Part shown: positions 38,832-49,579 of the stretch, piece after piece
Layout of the letters: each line of letters opens with the position of its first letter
Position numbering within the stretch: position 1 is the stretch's first letter
From: Limnochordia bacterium
GTDB taxonomy: Bacteria; Bacillota; Limnochordia; DTU080
Reading direction: 5' to 3'
DNA: 64,000 nucleotides
Assembly: GCA_050951545.1 (NCBI GenBank)
Contig: JBMNJG010000003.1
Span: 1-64,000 of the forward strand
Made by a program: the position numbers and the translations under genes
Notes under the pieces: generated by a model
Told to the model about the DNA's origin: nothing
Database searches by the model: none
The model's input: the letters and a program-made list of their open reading frames with translations, nothing else

Positions 38832-39956
38832 CTACTCCAGAAAGTCCTTTAGCTTCTTACTCCTGCTCGGATGCCGCAACTTGCGCAGAGCTTTCGCCTC
38901 GATCTGCCGGATGCGCTCCCGAGTTACGCCGAACACTTGCCCCACTTCCTCTAGCGTGCGAGTGCGCCCATCATCAAGGCCAAAGCGAAGGCGTAACACG
39001 CGCTCCTCTCGCGGAGTAAGGGTGTCGAGAACCTCCTCGAGCTGCTCCTTGAGCATCAGGAAAGAGGCGGCCTCCGCCGGAGCAAGGGCATCCTGATCCT
39101 CGATGAAATCGCCTAAGTGACTGTCTTCCTCTTCGCCAATAGGCGTTTCAAGAGAGACTGGCTCCTGTGCAATCTTCATGATCTCTCGTACTCGCTCGAC
39201 GGGCAGGTCCATCTCTTCAGCAATCTCCTCAGGTGTAGGTTCTCGCCCTAACTCCTGCAAAAGCTGACGAGAGATACGGGTAAGCTTATTGATGGTTTCC
39301 ACCATATGCACTGGTATGCGGATTGTCCGCGCTTGATCAGCGATAGCTCTCGTGATAGCCTGCCGAATCCACCATGTCGCATAGGTACTGAATTTGTACC
39401 CCTTGCGATAGTCAAATTTCTCAACAGCCTTGATCAGGCCAAGGTTTCCCTCCTGGATCAGGTCGAGGAGAAGCATGCCCCGGCCGAGATAGCGTTTGGC
39501 TATGCTGACTACCAAGCGTAGGTTAGCCTCGGCCAGGCCTCTTCTCGCCTCTTCCTCACCCATTTCAATCCTCTTAGCCAGCTCCACTTCTTCTTCGGCA
39601 GTAAGGAGAGGAACACGGCCTATCTCCTTGAGGTACATGCGCACATGGTCGTCAAGACCTACGCCTTCCGGAAGGGCCTGATCATGCGTGGATGCATCTG
39701 ACTCTGACTCTGGCTCTGCGTCACGGCCCTCAGCTTCGTCTGTGACAACCCTGTCAGCAGGCTTGGCGTTATCGGCCACGAGATCAATTCCCTGGCTTTG
39801 TAGGTGCGTGTACACCTCGTCTATCTGGTCCGCACTCAACTCGACCTCTTCCAGAGCATTCATGACCTCTTGATAGGTAAGAGCGCCCTGCTGCTTACCG
39901 CGCTGCATGAGAGCACGTAGCCCCTCAACCTCGATCGGTCCCTCTTTGCCAGTCAT
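38832..39956 (-). CDS. rpoD: Primary sigma factor SigA/RpoD
   Basis: [66 protein letters not shown]. Confidence 0.98.
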   Translation of the reverse strand: MTGKEGPIEVEGLRALMQRGKQQGALTYQEVMNALEEVELSADQIDEVYTHLQSQGIDLVADNAKPADRVVTDEAEGRDAEPESESDASTHDQALPEGVGLDDHVRMYLKEIGRVPLLTAEEEVELAKRIEMGEEEARRGLAEANLRLVVSIAKRYLGRGMLLLDLIQEGNLGLIKAVEKFDYRKGYKFSTYATWWIRQAITRAIADQARTIRIPVHMVETINKLTRISRQLLQELGREPTPEEIAEEMDLPVERVREIMKIAQEPVSLETPIGEEEDSHLGDFIEDQDALAPAEAASFLMLKEQLEEVLDTLTPREERVLRLRFGLDDGRTRTLEEVGQVFGVTRERIRQIEAKALRKLRHPSRSKKLKDFLE

Positions 39957-39973
39957 GCTTGTTCCCCCCTTCC

Positions 39974-41770
39974 CTATGACGCCTCAGACTGAGTGCGGCA
40001 GTAGCTCTGTAACGTCTTCCGCCATTCACGGAATGCCAAGAGGCCTTCGCTCATCTGCGTCATGTACTCCACAGGGTTGTGTTCCACTAGTGCTGCCAAC
40101 CCCTCTTCTATTGCCCTTAGTTCCTCTCGTAATTGCTCGAGGCGCATCCTCGTAAGATAATCCCGCCAAGACAGACCACTCTCGGGCGGCTGCACAAGTA
40201 TAGAGGCGATGTCGGAAGTCATCTCAGCTTCCAGGTGCTCAACCAACGCCGAACCTGATCGCCCTTCGGCCAATGCCTGCAGAAGCTCATTGTAGCACCC
40301 ACTCCGAAAAGGAGAGGGGCCAAGCTCTTCAACTACAGCAGCTACCCCCGAAGTATCATGGATCAGGCAACGCACCATCTCTCTCTCCAGCAAAATCCGC
40401 CCATCGGGCACAACCACACCCGTACTATCCGCTGAACCTTTACTAGTATCGCGGTATGCTGGATTTGTATGCCGCCACGTCCTAGCCCGGGTGCCTCGCT
40501 CACCAATGACCTCACTTGCGAGACTGCGTGGTGAAACACCGAGCCTAGATGCAATTCTCTGGATGTAGGCGTCCCTTTCTACCGGGCTATCCAGGCACCG
40601 GAGAATAGGCACCGCGGCACGTACTCCCTGCATACGCCCGGCCACGCTGCGCATATCCGCTAGGCTCAGGGCCTCCTCCAAAAGGTACTCCGTCAGCGGT
40701 AAGGCTCGTTCCATTTGCGCAAGAAAAGCAGAACTCCCCTTATCAGCGATGAGACTGTCCGGATCATGTCCATCGGGCAGCCCAACGACCCACACAGTGA
40801 ACCCGCTGTCTTGAAGCACCCCCGATGCCTTTGATATGGCTCGGCGGCCTGCCTCGTCAGCATCAAAGCACAAGTACACATCACTGGCAAAACGTCGCAG
40901 CAGCTGCGCATGTTCTTCGGTTAGCGAAGTGCCACAGGAGGCCACGGCGTACCCAATACCGTTTCGCTGTAGAGCGATGCAGTCGAAATACCCCTCAACC
41001 ACCACGACTCGGCGTTCACGACGCATTGCCTCTTTGGCCTGAGCGAGTCCGTAGAGCTGCTTTCTTTTCACATAGACGACCGTCTCAGGCGAGTTCAGGT
41101 ACTTTGGTGCACCACCCTCAAGGCTTCGAGCACCGAAAGCGACCACTCTGCCGTGGGTATCAGCAAACGGAAACATGATACGTCCGCGAAAGCGATCATA
41201 TGCCCCTCCAGAGCTCTTTGCTACTAACAGCCCTGCCTTCTCCCCAGCCTCTGCTTTTCCGCTGTCAACTAAGAAGTTCGTTAGGGCATCCCAGCGATCT
41301 GGCGCATAGCCCAGCTGAAAGCGACGTATCCACGCAAGTTCTACCCCACGACTTCGGAGATAATCTCTCGCCTTCTCCCCTTTTGGCCCCTGAAGAGCAC
41401 GCTGAAAAAAAGAGCAGGCTAGTTCATTCACCTCAAGTAGCTCGCTGCGCAGACGCGCCTGAGGGGAGGCATCGACAGTCTGTGTGGTATGCATCGCCAC
41501 CCCAGCTTTTTGCGCCAGTAATGCCAATGCCTCAGGAAATGCAAGCCCTTCCATCTTCATCACGAAATCGAAAATGTCGCCGCCAGCTTTGCAGCCAAAA
41601 CAGTGATAGAGACCTTTTTGGGGATCGACATGGAAAGACGGCGTCTTTTCATGATGAAACGGACACAGACCGACCAGGCTTTTGCCAGTCTTTCGCAGCT
41701 GCACATACTCCCCGACCACTTCGGAGATGTTTAGCCTAGCGCGAACTTGCTCCTTGAGATCCCCTGTCAC
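39974..41770 (-). CDS. dnaG: DNA primase
   Basis: [11 protein letters not shown]...CFGC zinc finger, [23 protein letters not shown]; GTG 41770. Confidence 0.96.
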   Translation of the reverse strand: MTGDLKEQVRARLNISEVVGEYVQLRKTGKSLVGLCPFHHEKTPSFHVDPQKGLYHCFGCKAGGDIFDFVMKMEGLAFPEALALLAQKAGVAMHTTQTVDASPQARLRSELLEVNELACSFFQRALQGPKGEKARDYLRSRGVELAWIRRFQLGYAPDRWDALTNFLVDSGKAEAGEKAGLLVAKSSGGAYDRFRGRIMFPFADTHGRVVAFGARSLEGGAPKYLNSPETVVYVKRKQLYGLAQAKEAMRRERRVVVVEGYFDCIALQRNGIGYAVASCGTSLTEEHAQLLRRFASDVYLCFDADEAGRRAISKASGVLQDSGFTVWVVGLPDGHDPDSLIADKGSSAFLAQMERALPLTEYLLEEALSLADMRSVAGRMQGVRAAVPILRCLDSPVERDAYIQRIASRLGVSPRSLASEVIGERGTRARTWRHTNPAYRDTSKGSADSTGVVVPDGRILLEREMVRCLIHDTSGVAAVVEELGPSPFRSGCYNELLQALAEGRSGSALVEHLEAEMTSDIASILVQPPESGLSWRDYLTRMRLEQLREELRAIEEGLAALVEHNPVEYMTQMSEGLLAFREWRKTLQSYCRTQSEAS

Positions 41771-41949
41771 GCCCCCACCTCTTATAAAAATCAACCCAAG
41801 ATAGCCACGTCACGGACTCATTTAGCCCCGCTACTTCGAAGGTTCTGCGAGCTAAGCCCATCTCCTTCCAAGATAACCTGTATCTCTCGGCATCGCGGTC
41901 GCCTGGACGGAGTAGTCCCTACGTGAGCGCATGGCTACCAGGCACAGAG

Positions 41950-41981
41950 GAGCCCGCGCCCTCTACTGCTGGCGCGGGCTC
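41950..41981 (-). terminator. Hairpin after ppdK
   Basis: GAGCCCGCGCC-N10-GGCGCGGGCTC perfect 11-bp stem. Confidence 0.65.
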
Positions 41982-42028
41982 TCCACAGCCATCCGTAGTT
42001 CGCTATCTATCGCAACGCCATCTTCGCC

Positions 42029-44662
42029 TTAGCGCGGGCTGTCGATATTCGCCTGCGCTGCGGCCAACTTGGCAATGGGCACCCGGAATGGCGAACAGCT
42101 TACGTAGTTCAGACCCGCCCTGTGGCAGAAATCTACCGAAGTCGGATCCCCACCATGCTCACCACAGATGCCGATCTTCAGATCAGGCCGCGTCTTGCGC
42201 CCTCTCTGCACACCGAGCTCTACCAGCTGACCGATACCCTCTTCATCGATAACCTGGAATGGATCCTTCTCGACGATGCCATTCTCGGTATAGAAGGGTA
42301 GGAAGGTAGTGGCATCATCGCGGCTGAAGCCGCAACCCATCTGAGTAAGGTCGTTGGTACCGAAAGAGAAGAACTCCGCTTCTTCGGCAATCTTGTCAGC
42401 GACCAAGACCGCTCGGGGTACTTCAACCATAGTCCCAACGGTATAGCCGACCTTGACACCAGTCTCTGCCATCACCTTTTCGCCGACTGCTACGACCTCG
42501 GCCTTGAGCCTGTTGAACTCGTCCTGGAAACCAACGAGCGGAATCATGATCTCAGGAAAGACCTTGACGCCCTCTTTTGTCAACTGGCAAGCAGCCTGGA
42601 AGATCGCCTCGGCCTGCATGCGGTAGATCTCCGGATAGGTGACGCCCAGGCGGCAGCCCCGGTGACCAAGCATCGGGTTGAACTCCCGCAAGCTCGCCAC
42701 GCGGTCTTTGACCGTCTGCAAGGAGACCCCCATGACCTTAGCCAACTCAGCCTGCGCATCCTCCTCATGCGGCACAAACTCGTGCAACGGCGGATCCAGC
42801 AAGCGAATGGTAACAGGCAGATCATGCATAGCCTTAAGGATTCCGTAGAAGTCATCTCTCTGCATTGGTAACAGCTTTGCCAGAGCCTTCTCGCGCCCCT
42901 CAGCATCGGCGGCCAAGATCATCTCACGTACAGGCAGGACTCGACCCTCGCCAAAGAACATATGCTCCGTGCGGCACAGGCCAATGCCCTCAGCCCCGAA
43001 GTTTCTGGCGACTTCTGCGTCGTGTGGCGTGTCAGCGTTAGTGCGTATGCCCAGCGCCCGGAACTCATCCGCCCACTCCATTAGCTGCCCTAGCTCACCT
43101 GACACTTCCGGTTCTACAAGCTCAACCTTGCCGATAGTCACTTCACCCGTGGTACCATTGAGAGTAATCCAATCGCCCTCGTTGAGACGCTGGTCGCCAA
43201 TCTGCATATAGCGCTGAGCTTCATAGATACGAGCGTCACCACATCCAGCGACGCAGCACTTACCCATACCGCGCGCTACAACCGCTGCGTGGGAGGTCAT
43301 TCCACCACGAGAGGTGAGAATCCCCTGTGCTACGTGCATACCACCGATGTCTTCCGGAGAGGTCTCGGACCGAACAAGAATAACCGCATGTCCCTTCTCA
43401 GTCCAGGCCTCAGCATCCGCAGCAGTAAAGACCACTTGTCCTACCGCTGCCCCAGGGGAGGCTGGCAATCCTTTGGCAGCTACTGCCACCTTGGCTTTCG
43501 GGTCGATCATGGGATGCAAGAGATGGTCAAGCTGCCCCGGAGGTACACGCTTCACCGCCGTCTTTTTGTCGATCAGACCCTCGGCGACCATCTCCACGGC
43601 GATACGCACGGCAGCCTGAGCCGTCCGCTTGCCCGCACGGGTCTGCAACATATAGAGCGTACCATCTTGGATGGTAAACTCGACATCCTGCATCTCCCGG
43701 TAGTGCTCCTCGAGCTTATGGTAGATGTCTACGAGCTCAGCGTATACATCGGGCATCGTCTTCTCAAGCTGAGCGATAGGCAAGGGAGTGCGAATACCCG
43801 CAACCACGTCTTCGCCCTGGGCATTCATCAGGTACTCACCATAGAAGATGTTCTCGCCTGTGGCAGGGTCGCGCGTAAACGCTACGCCGGTTCCGGACGT
43901 CTCACCCATGTTACCGAAGACCATGGCCTGCACATTTACCGCGGTACCCCAATCGCCTGGAATGTCGTTGATCTGCCGATAGCGTTCAGCTCTCGGATTG
44001 TACCAGGAATCGAAAACAGCGTTGATTGCGCCCTTCAACTGCTCCCACGGATCTTCAGGGAAGGGTTTGCCTGTCTTTTCGGCAACGAGGGCTTTGAACT
44101 GCCCCACCAAGAGCTTCCAGTCATCAGCCGTGAGTTCAGTGTCGAGTTTGACGCCTTTCTTAGCTTTCTGAGCCTCGATCAGAGCCTCGAAATCGGCGTG
44201 CTCGACACCGAGGACTACGTCCGAGTACATCTGTACGAAGCGACGGTAGCTGTCGTATACGAACCGGGGATTACTCGTAGCCTCGACCAATCCCTTAGCC
44301 GTAACGTCGTTGAGGCCGAGGTTGAGTACCGTATCCATCATCCCGGGCATGGACACGCGCGCTCCGGAGCGGATACCAAACAGAAGGGGGTTGTGTGGGT
44401 CGTTAAACTTTGAGCCCATGGCCGCCTCGACCTTGGCTAAGTTCTCCCGCACCTGTTCTGCCAGTCCCTCAGGCCACTTGTTTCTGTTGTTGTAGTACTC
44501 AATGCAGACCTCAGTTGTGATCGTGAAACCAGCAGGAACCCGGATACCGAGTGAAGCCATTTCGGCTAGATTGGCACCCTTGCCTCCCAACAGGTTTCGC
44601 ATCTGGGCCCTACCTTCGGAATCGCCACCACCGAAGAAGTAGACCATCTTCTTTACGCTCAT
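42029..44662 (-). CDS. ppdK: Pyruvate phosphate dikinase
   Basis: LGGKGANLAEM, RSGARVSMPGMMDT, GGMTSHAAVVARG, SFGTNDLTQ, GICGEHGG. Confidence 0.98.
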   Translation of the reverse strand: MSVKKMVYFFGGGDSEGRAQMRNLLGGKGANLAEMASLGIRVPAGFTITTEVCIEYYNNRNKWPEGLAEQVRENLAKVEAAMGSKFNDPHNPLLFGIRSGARVSMPGMMDTVLNLGLNDVTAKGLVEATSNPRFVYDSYRRFVQMYSDVVLGVEHADFEALIEAQKAKKGVKLDTELTADDWKLLVGQFKALVAEKTGKPFPEDPWEQLKGAINAVFDSWYNPRAERYRQINDIPGDWGTAVNVQAMVFGNMGETSGTGVAFTRDPATGENIFYGEYLMNAQGEDVVAGIRTPLPIAQLEKTMPDVYAELVDIYHKLEEHYREMQDVEFTIQDGTLYMLQTRAGKRTAQAAVRIAVEMVAEGLIDKKTAVKRVPPGQLDHLLHPMIDPKAKVAVAAKGLPASPGAAVGQVVFTAADAEAWTEKGHAVILVRSETSPEDIGGMHVAQGILTSRGGMTSHAAVVARGMGKCCVAGCGDARIYEAQRYMQIGDQRLNEGDWITLNGTTGEVTIGKVELVEPEVSGELGQLMEWADEFRALGIRTNADTPHDAEVARNFGAEGIGLCRTEHMFFGEGRVLPVREMILAADAEGREKALAKLLPMQRDDFYGILKAMHDLPVTIRLLDPPLHEFVPHEEDAQAELAKVMGVSLQTVKDRVASLREFNPMLGHRGCRLGVTYPEIYRMQAEAIFQAACQLTKEGVKVFPEIMIPLVGFQDEFNRLKAEVVAVGEKVMAETGVKVGYTVGTMVEVPRAVLVADKIAEEAEFFSFGTNDLTQMGCGFSRDDATTFLPFYTENGIVEKDPFQVIDEEGIGQLVELGVQRGRKTRPDLKIGICGEHGGDPTSVDFCHRAGLNYVSCSPFRVPIAKLAAAQANIDSPR

Positions 44663-44992
44663 GTACACAGCCTCCCCTTCTACTCCAGCAGCGCTACTGG
44701 CGCTGCGCAGGTCATCCCGTGTCTCGTATGCTCTCGCGCTCTACGCCTCGACCCGTTTTTCACAGACCGAAGCGCGACTACCATCACCCTTGAGGGACTA
44801 CATTTGCCCCAGGTGGGCCTATTACACCCCCATACTGTTCTGCATGCCGGAGCATACTTCCTGCCGAGGAAGATCTTTTTCGTCGATTTCTCTGTCAATT
44901 TTTCGTTACAGACGCCTCCCCAAGTGGACCAGCGAACACCTACCGCAGCTGCCTCGACGCCCGCACCGGATGTTGTCCGGCCCGGCTGGCGT

Positions 44993-45436
44993 TCAACACT
45001 CTTGCGGCCCCTCATGACCATCGAAACTCACCACGGTAGGCGCTTCGTCGTCACGCTCAATCTCGATGCTGCAACGCCCCAATAGACAAGCAGCACTGCC
45101 CAGCAGGGCCAGATGGGGTGAGACCACAGCTCCGACAACCCCGGCAGTCACAGGAAGCTCTGCCAGAGTCCGACCGTCCCTTTTAATCCGTACCTTGGTG
45201 ACATTTCCCCGTTTAACCAACTCCTTGATCTTCGCAGCCAACTCGTGCCCCTTGGCCTCAAAGACCTCCCACTGAGCAGTGCGTGTGCCCTGCGCCTGGC
45301 TACGCTGTTCATGAAGAATCAAAGCCCCAAGCACATCGCCTTCAGCCTCATCAAGCAAGGCAGCCGCTTCGGCATATGATAAACCTGTACGTTCCCGGAT
45401 CATCTCGACCTTCGTCAAACGATCTGCGCTCTCCAC
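44993..45436 (-). CDS. DUF4342 domain protein
   Basis: GTG 45436 after GGGGAGG; KVEMIRERTGLSY, KIKELVKRGNVTKVRIK; typical neighbour of recO. Confidence 0.8.
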   Translation of the reverse strand: MESADRLTKVEMIRERTGLSYAEAAALLDEAEGDVLGALILHEQRSQAQGTRTAQWEVFEAKGHELAAKIKELVKRGNVTKVRIKRDGRTLAELPVTAGVVGAVVSPHLALLGSAACLLGRCSIEIERDDEAPTVVSFDGHEGPQEC

Positions 45437-45524
45437 TTTGCTCCTCCCCAATGAATCGTGTTGCGCGGTGCTGGTATGTCCGCGGCCAACCACGCGTACT
45501 CCCCGGAACTGGCTTTTTCCCGCC

Positions 45525-46295
45525 TCAGCCATTCATGGCCTGAATAGACTGCAGGAAACTCCAAGCCTCCAACCTTGTCTCCAGTCGGTACTCCAATCCC
45601 TCCAGCAATAGGCTCTCCAACGAGGCGTTTTCTGCTTCTCCCAGGCGAAAAGTGACCAGACGTGAAGACGCTATCTCCAAGAGAAACCGCATCGATTGCC
45701 ATACAGCCCCACTTATGGATAGCGCACGGGGATCCATATGCGCACACGACTGGCACAGTAGACCGCCCTCGGCTGTGCTAAACAGCAGCGATGCCTGCTT
45801 ACCTACAGCAAACGGGCGGCGACAATGCACGCACGCCTCGAGTTCTGGTCGATACCCCATTACATCAAGGGTGTGCAACTCGAACCATCTCGATACTAAT
45901 GATGGGGCGATTTCGCCGCTCTCAAGTAGGCTCAGGGCCTGCAGAATGATCTCAAGCATGTTTTCCGCGGGCTGTTCCTCAGGCAGTGCAATATGTACGA
46001 TCTCGGTGAAATGTGCCGCATAGGCCATAAGCAGAAGATCCTCGCGCAACCTACGAAACGGTTGGGTTATCTCACCTTGGCTCAACGTATGCAGGCCTCG
46101 CCTATTCAGGAAAAGCAGGAAATCACCATGGGTGAAAGGCTGGGCAAGAGCCAGCAACCTGCTTCGCACGCGGCGCGCCCCCCGAGCCACCGCATCCATC
46201 TTGCCCCGTTCTCGCGTCAAAAGCGTCACGATCTTGTCGGCTTCACCTAGATCGCGGGCGCGCAAGACGAGCCCCTCCAACCTATGCAAAGACAC
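45525..46295 (-). CDS. recO: DNA repair protein RecO
   Basis: LGEADKIVTLLT...GK...ARGAR, CVHC and GGLLCQSC zinc motifs. Confidence 0.93.
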   Translation of the reverse strand: MSLHRLEGLVLRARDLGEADKIVTLLTRERGKMDAVARGARRVRSRLLALAQPFTHGDFLLFLNRRGLHTLSQGEITQPFRRLREDLLLMAYAAHFTEIVHIALPEEQPAENMLEIILQALSLLESGEIAPSLVSRWFELHTLDVMGYRPELEACVHCRRPFAVGKQASLLFSTAEGGLLCQSCAHMDPRALSISGAVWQSMRFLLEIASSRLVTFRLGEAENASLESLLLEGLEYRLETRLEAWSFLQSIQAMNG

Positions 46296-46318
46296 AGACT
46301 AGCCCCCAAGTAGCTCAT

Positions 46319-46540
46319 TTACCTCCGAAACAAACGCAGCAAGAGGGAGAGAATTACACTTATCAGCAGGCTGCTGGCGAGTGGCAAGTAGAGAGAGAAG
46401 CTCTCCTTACGGATCACGAAATCACCGGGAAGACGGCCTAAGGGAAGGGACTTACCGCCGAACATCAACAAGAGCCCAATCACGACCAGCAGGGCTCCCG
46501 TCGTCACCAGTAGACGTCCCATTGCTGACACATCACCCAT
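46319..46540 (-). CDS. DUF2905 small membrane protein
   Basis: ATG 46540 after GAGGAGGAG; LGRLPGD...[15 protein letters not shown]; follows ruvB. Confidence 0.85.
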   Translation of the reverse strand: MGDVSAMGRLLVTTGALLVVIGLLLMFGGKSLPLGRLPGDFVIRKESFSLYLPLASSLLISVILSLLLRLFRR

Positions 46541-47585
46541 CGTGCTCCTCCTCGGATGCGAAAAGATTGCCTTGGCCGTACTCTCTGGGTGGCTCAGCGC
46601 CGAAATAGCGATACCCGAGATCGGTAAGCAGACGCCCACGTGGGGTACGCTGCAATAACCCAAGCTGCATGAGGTACGGCTCATACACATCCTCTATCGT
46701 GCCCACTTCTTCTGCCGTGGCAGCAGCCAGAGTTTCTACGCCTACTGGTCCGCCACCGAACATCTCCATGATGGTCAGCAAGAGCCGCCGATCTGTCTTG
46801 TCAAGGCCCTGCTCATCGATGTCATAAAGCTGCAGAGCCCGTTGGGCCACGTCGCGGGAAATGCGGCCATCCCCTCTGACTTCTGCGTAATCGCGCACTC
46901 GTCGCAGCAGTCGGTTGGCAATGCGCGGAGTGCCGCGCGCCCTTCCGGCGATCTCATTGACTCCTCCGGCATCCACCTGAACGTTCATCACGCGGGCGGA
47001 TCGCTCCACGATGGCTGCGAGTTCAGCGGTCGTGTAAAACTCGAGCCGCTCGATTACCCCGAATCGGTCTCGCAGCGGCGAGGTTAACATGCCAGCTCTC
47101 GTCGTCGCCCCAACTAGGGTGAAGCGAGGCAGATCCAGACGTAGACTGCGCGCACCGGGACCCTTACCCAGAACGATATCGACGGCAAAGTCCTCCATTG
47201 CCGGGTACAGCACCTCTTCGATAGTGCGATTCAGTCGGTGGATCTCATCGACGAAAAGAACATCACCCGCCGTCAGATTAGTCAGAATCGCTACGAGATC
47301 GCCCTGCCGCTCGATGGCAGGACCTGATGTCATCCGCATTTGAACGCCCATCTCGTTGGCCAGTATGTTCGCCAAGGTAGTCTTGCCTAGTCCAGGCGGC
47401 CCATAAAGAAGCACGTGATCGAGTGCTTCGCGCCGATTACTAGCGGCCTGAACAAAGATTGACAGCTTCTCTTTCAGTCGCTCCTGCCCTATGTACTCGG
47501 CAAAAGAGCGGGGGCGCAATGAAAGATCGTACTCATTATCATCGTCTCGCCGTGTTGGGCCGACCAGACGCTCCCCTTGTTCCAT
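46533..47585 (-). CDS. ruvB: Holliday junction branch migration ATPase RuvB
   Basis: LRP...[38 protein letters not shown]. Confidence 0.97.
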   Translation of the reverse strand: MEQGERLVGPTRRDDDNEYDLSLRPRSFAEYIGQERLKEKLSIFVQAASNRREALDHVLLYGPPGLGKTTLANILANEMGVQMRMTSGPAIERQGDLVAILTNLTAGDVLFVDEIHRLNRTIEEVLYPAMEDFAVDIVLGKGPGARSLRLDLPRFTLVGATTRAGMLTSPLRDRFGVIERLEFYTTAELAAIVERSARVMNVQVDAGGVNEIAGRARGTPRIANRLLRRVRDYAEVRGDGRISRDVAQRALQLYDIDEQGLDKTDRRLLLTIMEMFGGGPVGVETLAAATAEEVGTIEDVYEPYLMQLGLLQRTPRGRLLTDLGYRYFGAEPPREYGQGNLFASEEEHDG

Positions 47586-47708
47586 GCCTGGCAGGAAGCC
47601 TCCTTTGAGAATCCTTCTACGCTGCGGCATCGGCATGAGCGCCCTTCATTTTCATAGCTCGTGGCGGGCCGCCAACACGCCTCAGAACCCAACTATGCAA
47701 TTCGTCCG

Positions 47709-48332
47709 CTATGCTGACGATACCAGTAGGCCGAGGGCTGCGCGTAGCAAGGCGGAGGCGTTCGCACTATCATCGCCCTGAGGCTGTTGCCGCGTCAGTG
47801 CCTGGGCTACTGCCCGCTCTGCCTCCGATCTGCTGTATCCCAGCGAAACCAACGCTTCCACAGCATCCTGTGCTGGTCTCGAATCTCCGAGCATTACCGA
47901 GGTTACAGGCGTCGGCGTCATGAGATCATCCACCTTGAGCTTATCGCTAAGCTCAAGGAAAAGACGCTCAGCTGTCTTCTTTCCAACACCGGGAATCTGA
48001 GTCAGTGCCTTTAGGTCGCGGGTTACCACTACTCGTGCCAGATCCGAAGGAGAGAGCCCTGACAACACAGCCATCGCCAATCGAGGCCCCACTCCACTGA
48101 CGCTGATCAGCAACTGAAATGTCTCTTTCTCAGAAGCAGTGGCGAAGCCATACAGAAGCAAGGCTTCTTCACGCACGTGAGTGAAGACATACAAAGAGAC
48201 CTCCGTGCCTACTGAAGGCAACATGGCTAGTGTCGCTTGGGAGACAAACAAGCGAAAACCGACACCACCCGCATCAAGGATGATGTAGTCAGCATGCATG
48301 TCATGGAGCACACCCCGCAAGCGGGCTATCAC
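47709..48332 (-). CDS. ruvA: Holliday junction binding protein RuvA
   Basis: MIARLRG, HVREE...LYGF, VSGVGPRLA, IPGVGKKTAER, ALVSLGY. Confidence 0.96.
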   Translation of the reverse strand: MIARLRGVLHDMHADYIILDAGGVGFRLFVSQATLAMLPSVGTEVSLYVFTHVREEALLLYGFATASEKETFQLLISVSGVGPRLAMAVLSGLSPSDLARVVVTRDLKALTQIPGVGKKTAERLFLELSDKLKVDDLMTPTPVTSVMLGDSRPAQDAVEALVSLGYSRSEAERAVAQALTRQQPQGDDSANASALLRAALGLLVSSA

Positions 48333-48350
48333 GAATCCCTCGCCTCCCAG

Positions 48351-48857
48351 CTACTGGTTACCGTCTCGCACAAGCCGCAGTAGCCCACTTTCAGCATGAA
48401 AAGCATGGCACAGAGCCACCGCCAGGGCGTCAGACACATCATCAGGCTTGGGCACTTGGCCCAAGCCGAGCAGGGTGCGCACCATATAGCCTACCTGGCT
48501 CTTCTCAGCTCGTCCGTGCCCTGTGAGAGCCTGTTTGACCTGCAAAGGCGTATACTCATCGACTGGTAGGTTCTGTTTGGCCAGACACAGAAGTGCCACG
48601 CCTCGCGCCTGGCCTACTGCCAGAGCAGACGTGACATTCCTATTGAAAAACAGCTGCTCCACGGCGGCCATGTCGGGACGAAACTCTGCGGTAAGCTCCA
48701 AAATGGCATCGTACAAGATGACGAGCCGCTCTGAGTGAGTCATCCGAGCCTCGGTGGCGATTTTTCCGTAAGCAGCGGCCTCGTACTCCCCCTTATTTGC
48801 CGCGACGATACCATACCCGGTTATCGCCAGCCCGGGATCCAAGCCTAGAATCAACAC
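48351..48857 (-). CDS. ruvC: Holliday junction resolvase RuvC
   Basis: ILGLDPG, VEQLFF, QARG, EYTPLQVK, DDVSDALA; GTG 48857 after AGGAGG. Confidence 0.96.
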   Translation of the reverse strand: MLILGLDPGLAITGYGIVAANKGEYEAAAYGKIATEARMTHSERLVILYDAILELTAEFRPDMAAVEQLFFNRNVTSALAVGQARGVALLCLAKQNLPVDEYTPLQVKQALTGHGRAEKSQVGYMVRTLLGLGQVPKPDDVSDALAVALCHAFHAESGLLRLVRDGNQ

Positions 48858-48948
48858 CGCTACACTACCTCCTGGCGACCACCTGGTTCCCTGACAGCTT
48901 CGGCCCAGAACAGTATTTCCCTGCGCCAACCCATCCTTTAGTCTTAGC

Positions 48949-49467
48949 CTAGTCGCCCATAAGCCCATCGATGAGCTGCTGCCGCTCGTCTTCGTCTGCA
49001 AACGGGATCCCCGCCTTCAGACGCTCTCGCTCGCTTGGGCGAATGCTCTCCACGGGGATATCGGTCATCCCACGTAGCACACTGCATTCCCCGGGCTGTC
49101 CATCAAAAATGGCTACCCTGCTATCCCTCTCTCCAAGATAGCCACCTTTGGGCGAAGGAGCACAGCGGACTTCAGCAACAATCTCGTCGGCAGTGAAACG
49201 GACCACACTCCAGGACGGTTGGCGTCGATGCACGTCGACAAGCGTCGCCCCGACCAATTCGACGGGCACTGGGCTGCTCGCTTCAGCTCCTCTTCGACCG
49301 TCATCAAGAATGTAACGCAGGGTCATCCGCGCCCCCGAAATCAGGCGCTCTTCGCTGACAGTTGCGAAACCGCGATCGGGCAACAGGCGAGCATAGGTGA
49401 AGGCAAAGCTGCCCGCAAAAAGCAGGATTCCCAGGCCTAACCAGATCCAGCCACTCACGCGCCGCAT
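48949..49467 (-). CDS. bofC: BofC C-terminal domain protein
   Basis: N-terminal TM; GYLGERDSRVAIFDGQPG...ERLKAGIPF; upstream of ruv genes as in Bacillus. Confidence 0.7.
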   Translation of the reverse strand: MRRVSGWIWLGLGILLFAGSFAFTYARLLPDRGFATVSEERLISGARMTLRYILDDGRRGAEASSPVPVELVGATLVDVHRRQPSWSVVRFTADEIVAEVRCAPSPKGGYLGERDSRVAIFDGQPGECSVLRGMTDIPVESIRPSERERLKAGIPFADEDERQQLIDGLMGD

Positions 49468-49579
49468 AGTTCACCCCCGATCTCCGGCCCTTGTGTTAAC
49501 AGGGCTCCTGCCCGTAGCATCTCCAAAATGGAGCAAACATTGGCAGGAAAGAGATCCGAAGTTCCTTGCAGCGTGTAGC

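Noticed and set aside
43289-44413. 374-aa plus-strand ORF and other long antisense ORFs (e.g. 13973-14884, 27107-27850, 20562-21230)
   Set aside because: Shadow frames opposite conserved genes, expected in GC-rich DNA; no recognisable motifs
44663-44992. Glycine T-box remnant or c-di-GMP-I riboswitch before ppdK
   Set aside because: No T-box GGTGGNACCGCG sequence; GGGCAAA is not followed by the GNRA and GCAAAG elements
44680-45021. 113-aa ORF between DUF4342 and ppdK
   Set aside because: No recognisable protein features; the region carries promoter-like and RNA-structure signals instead
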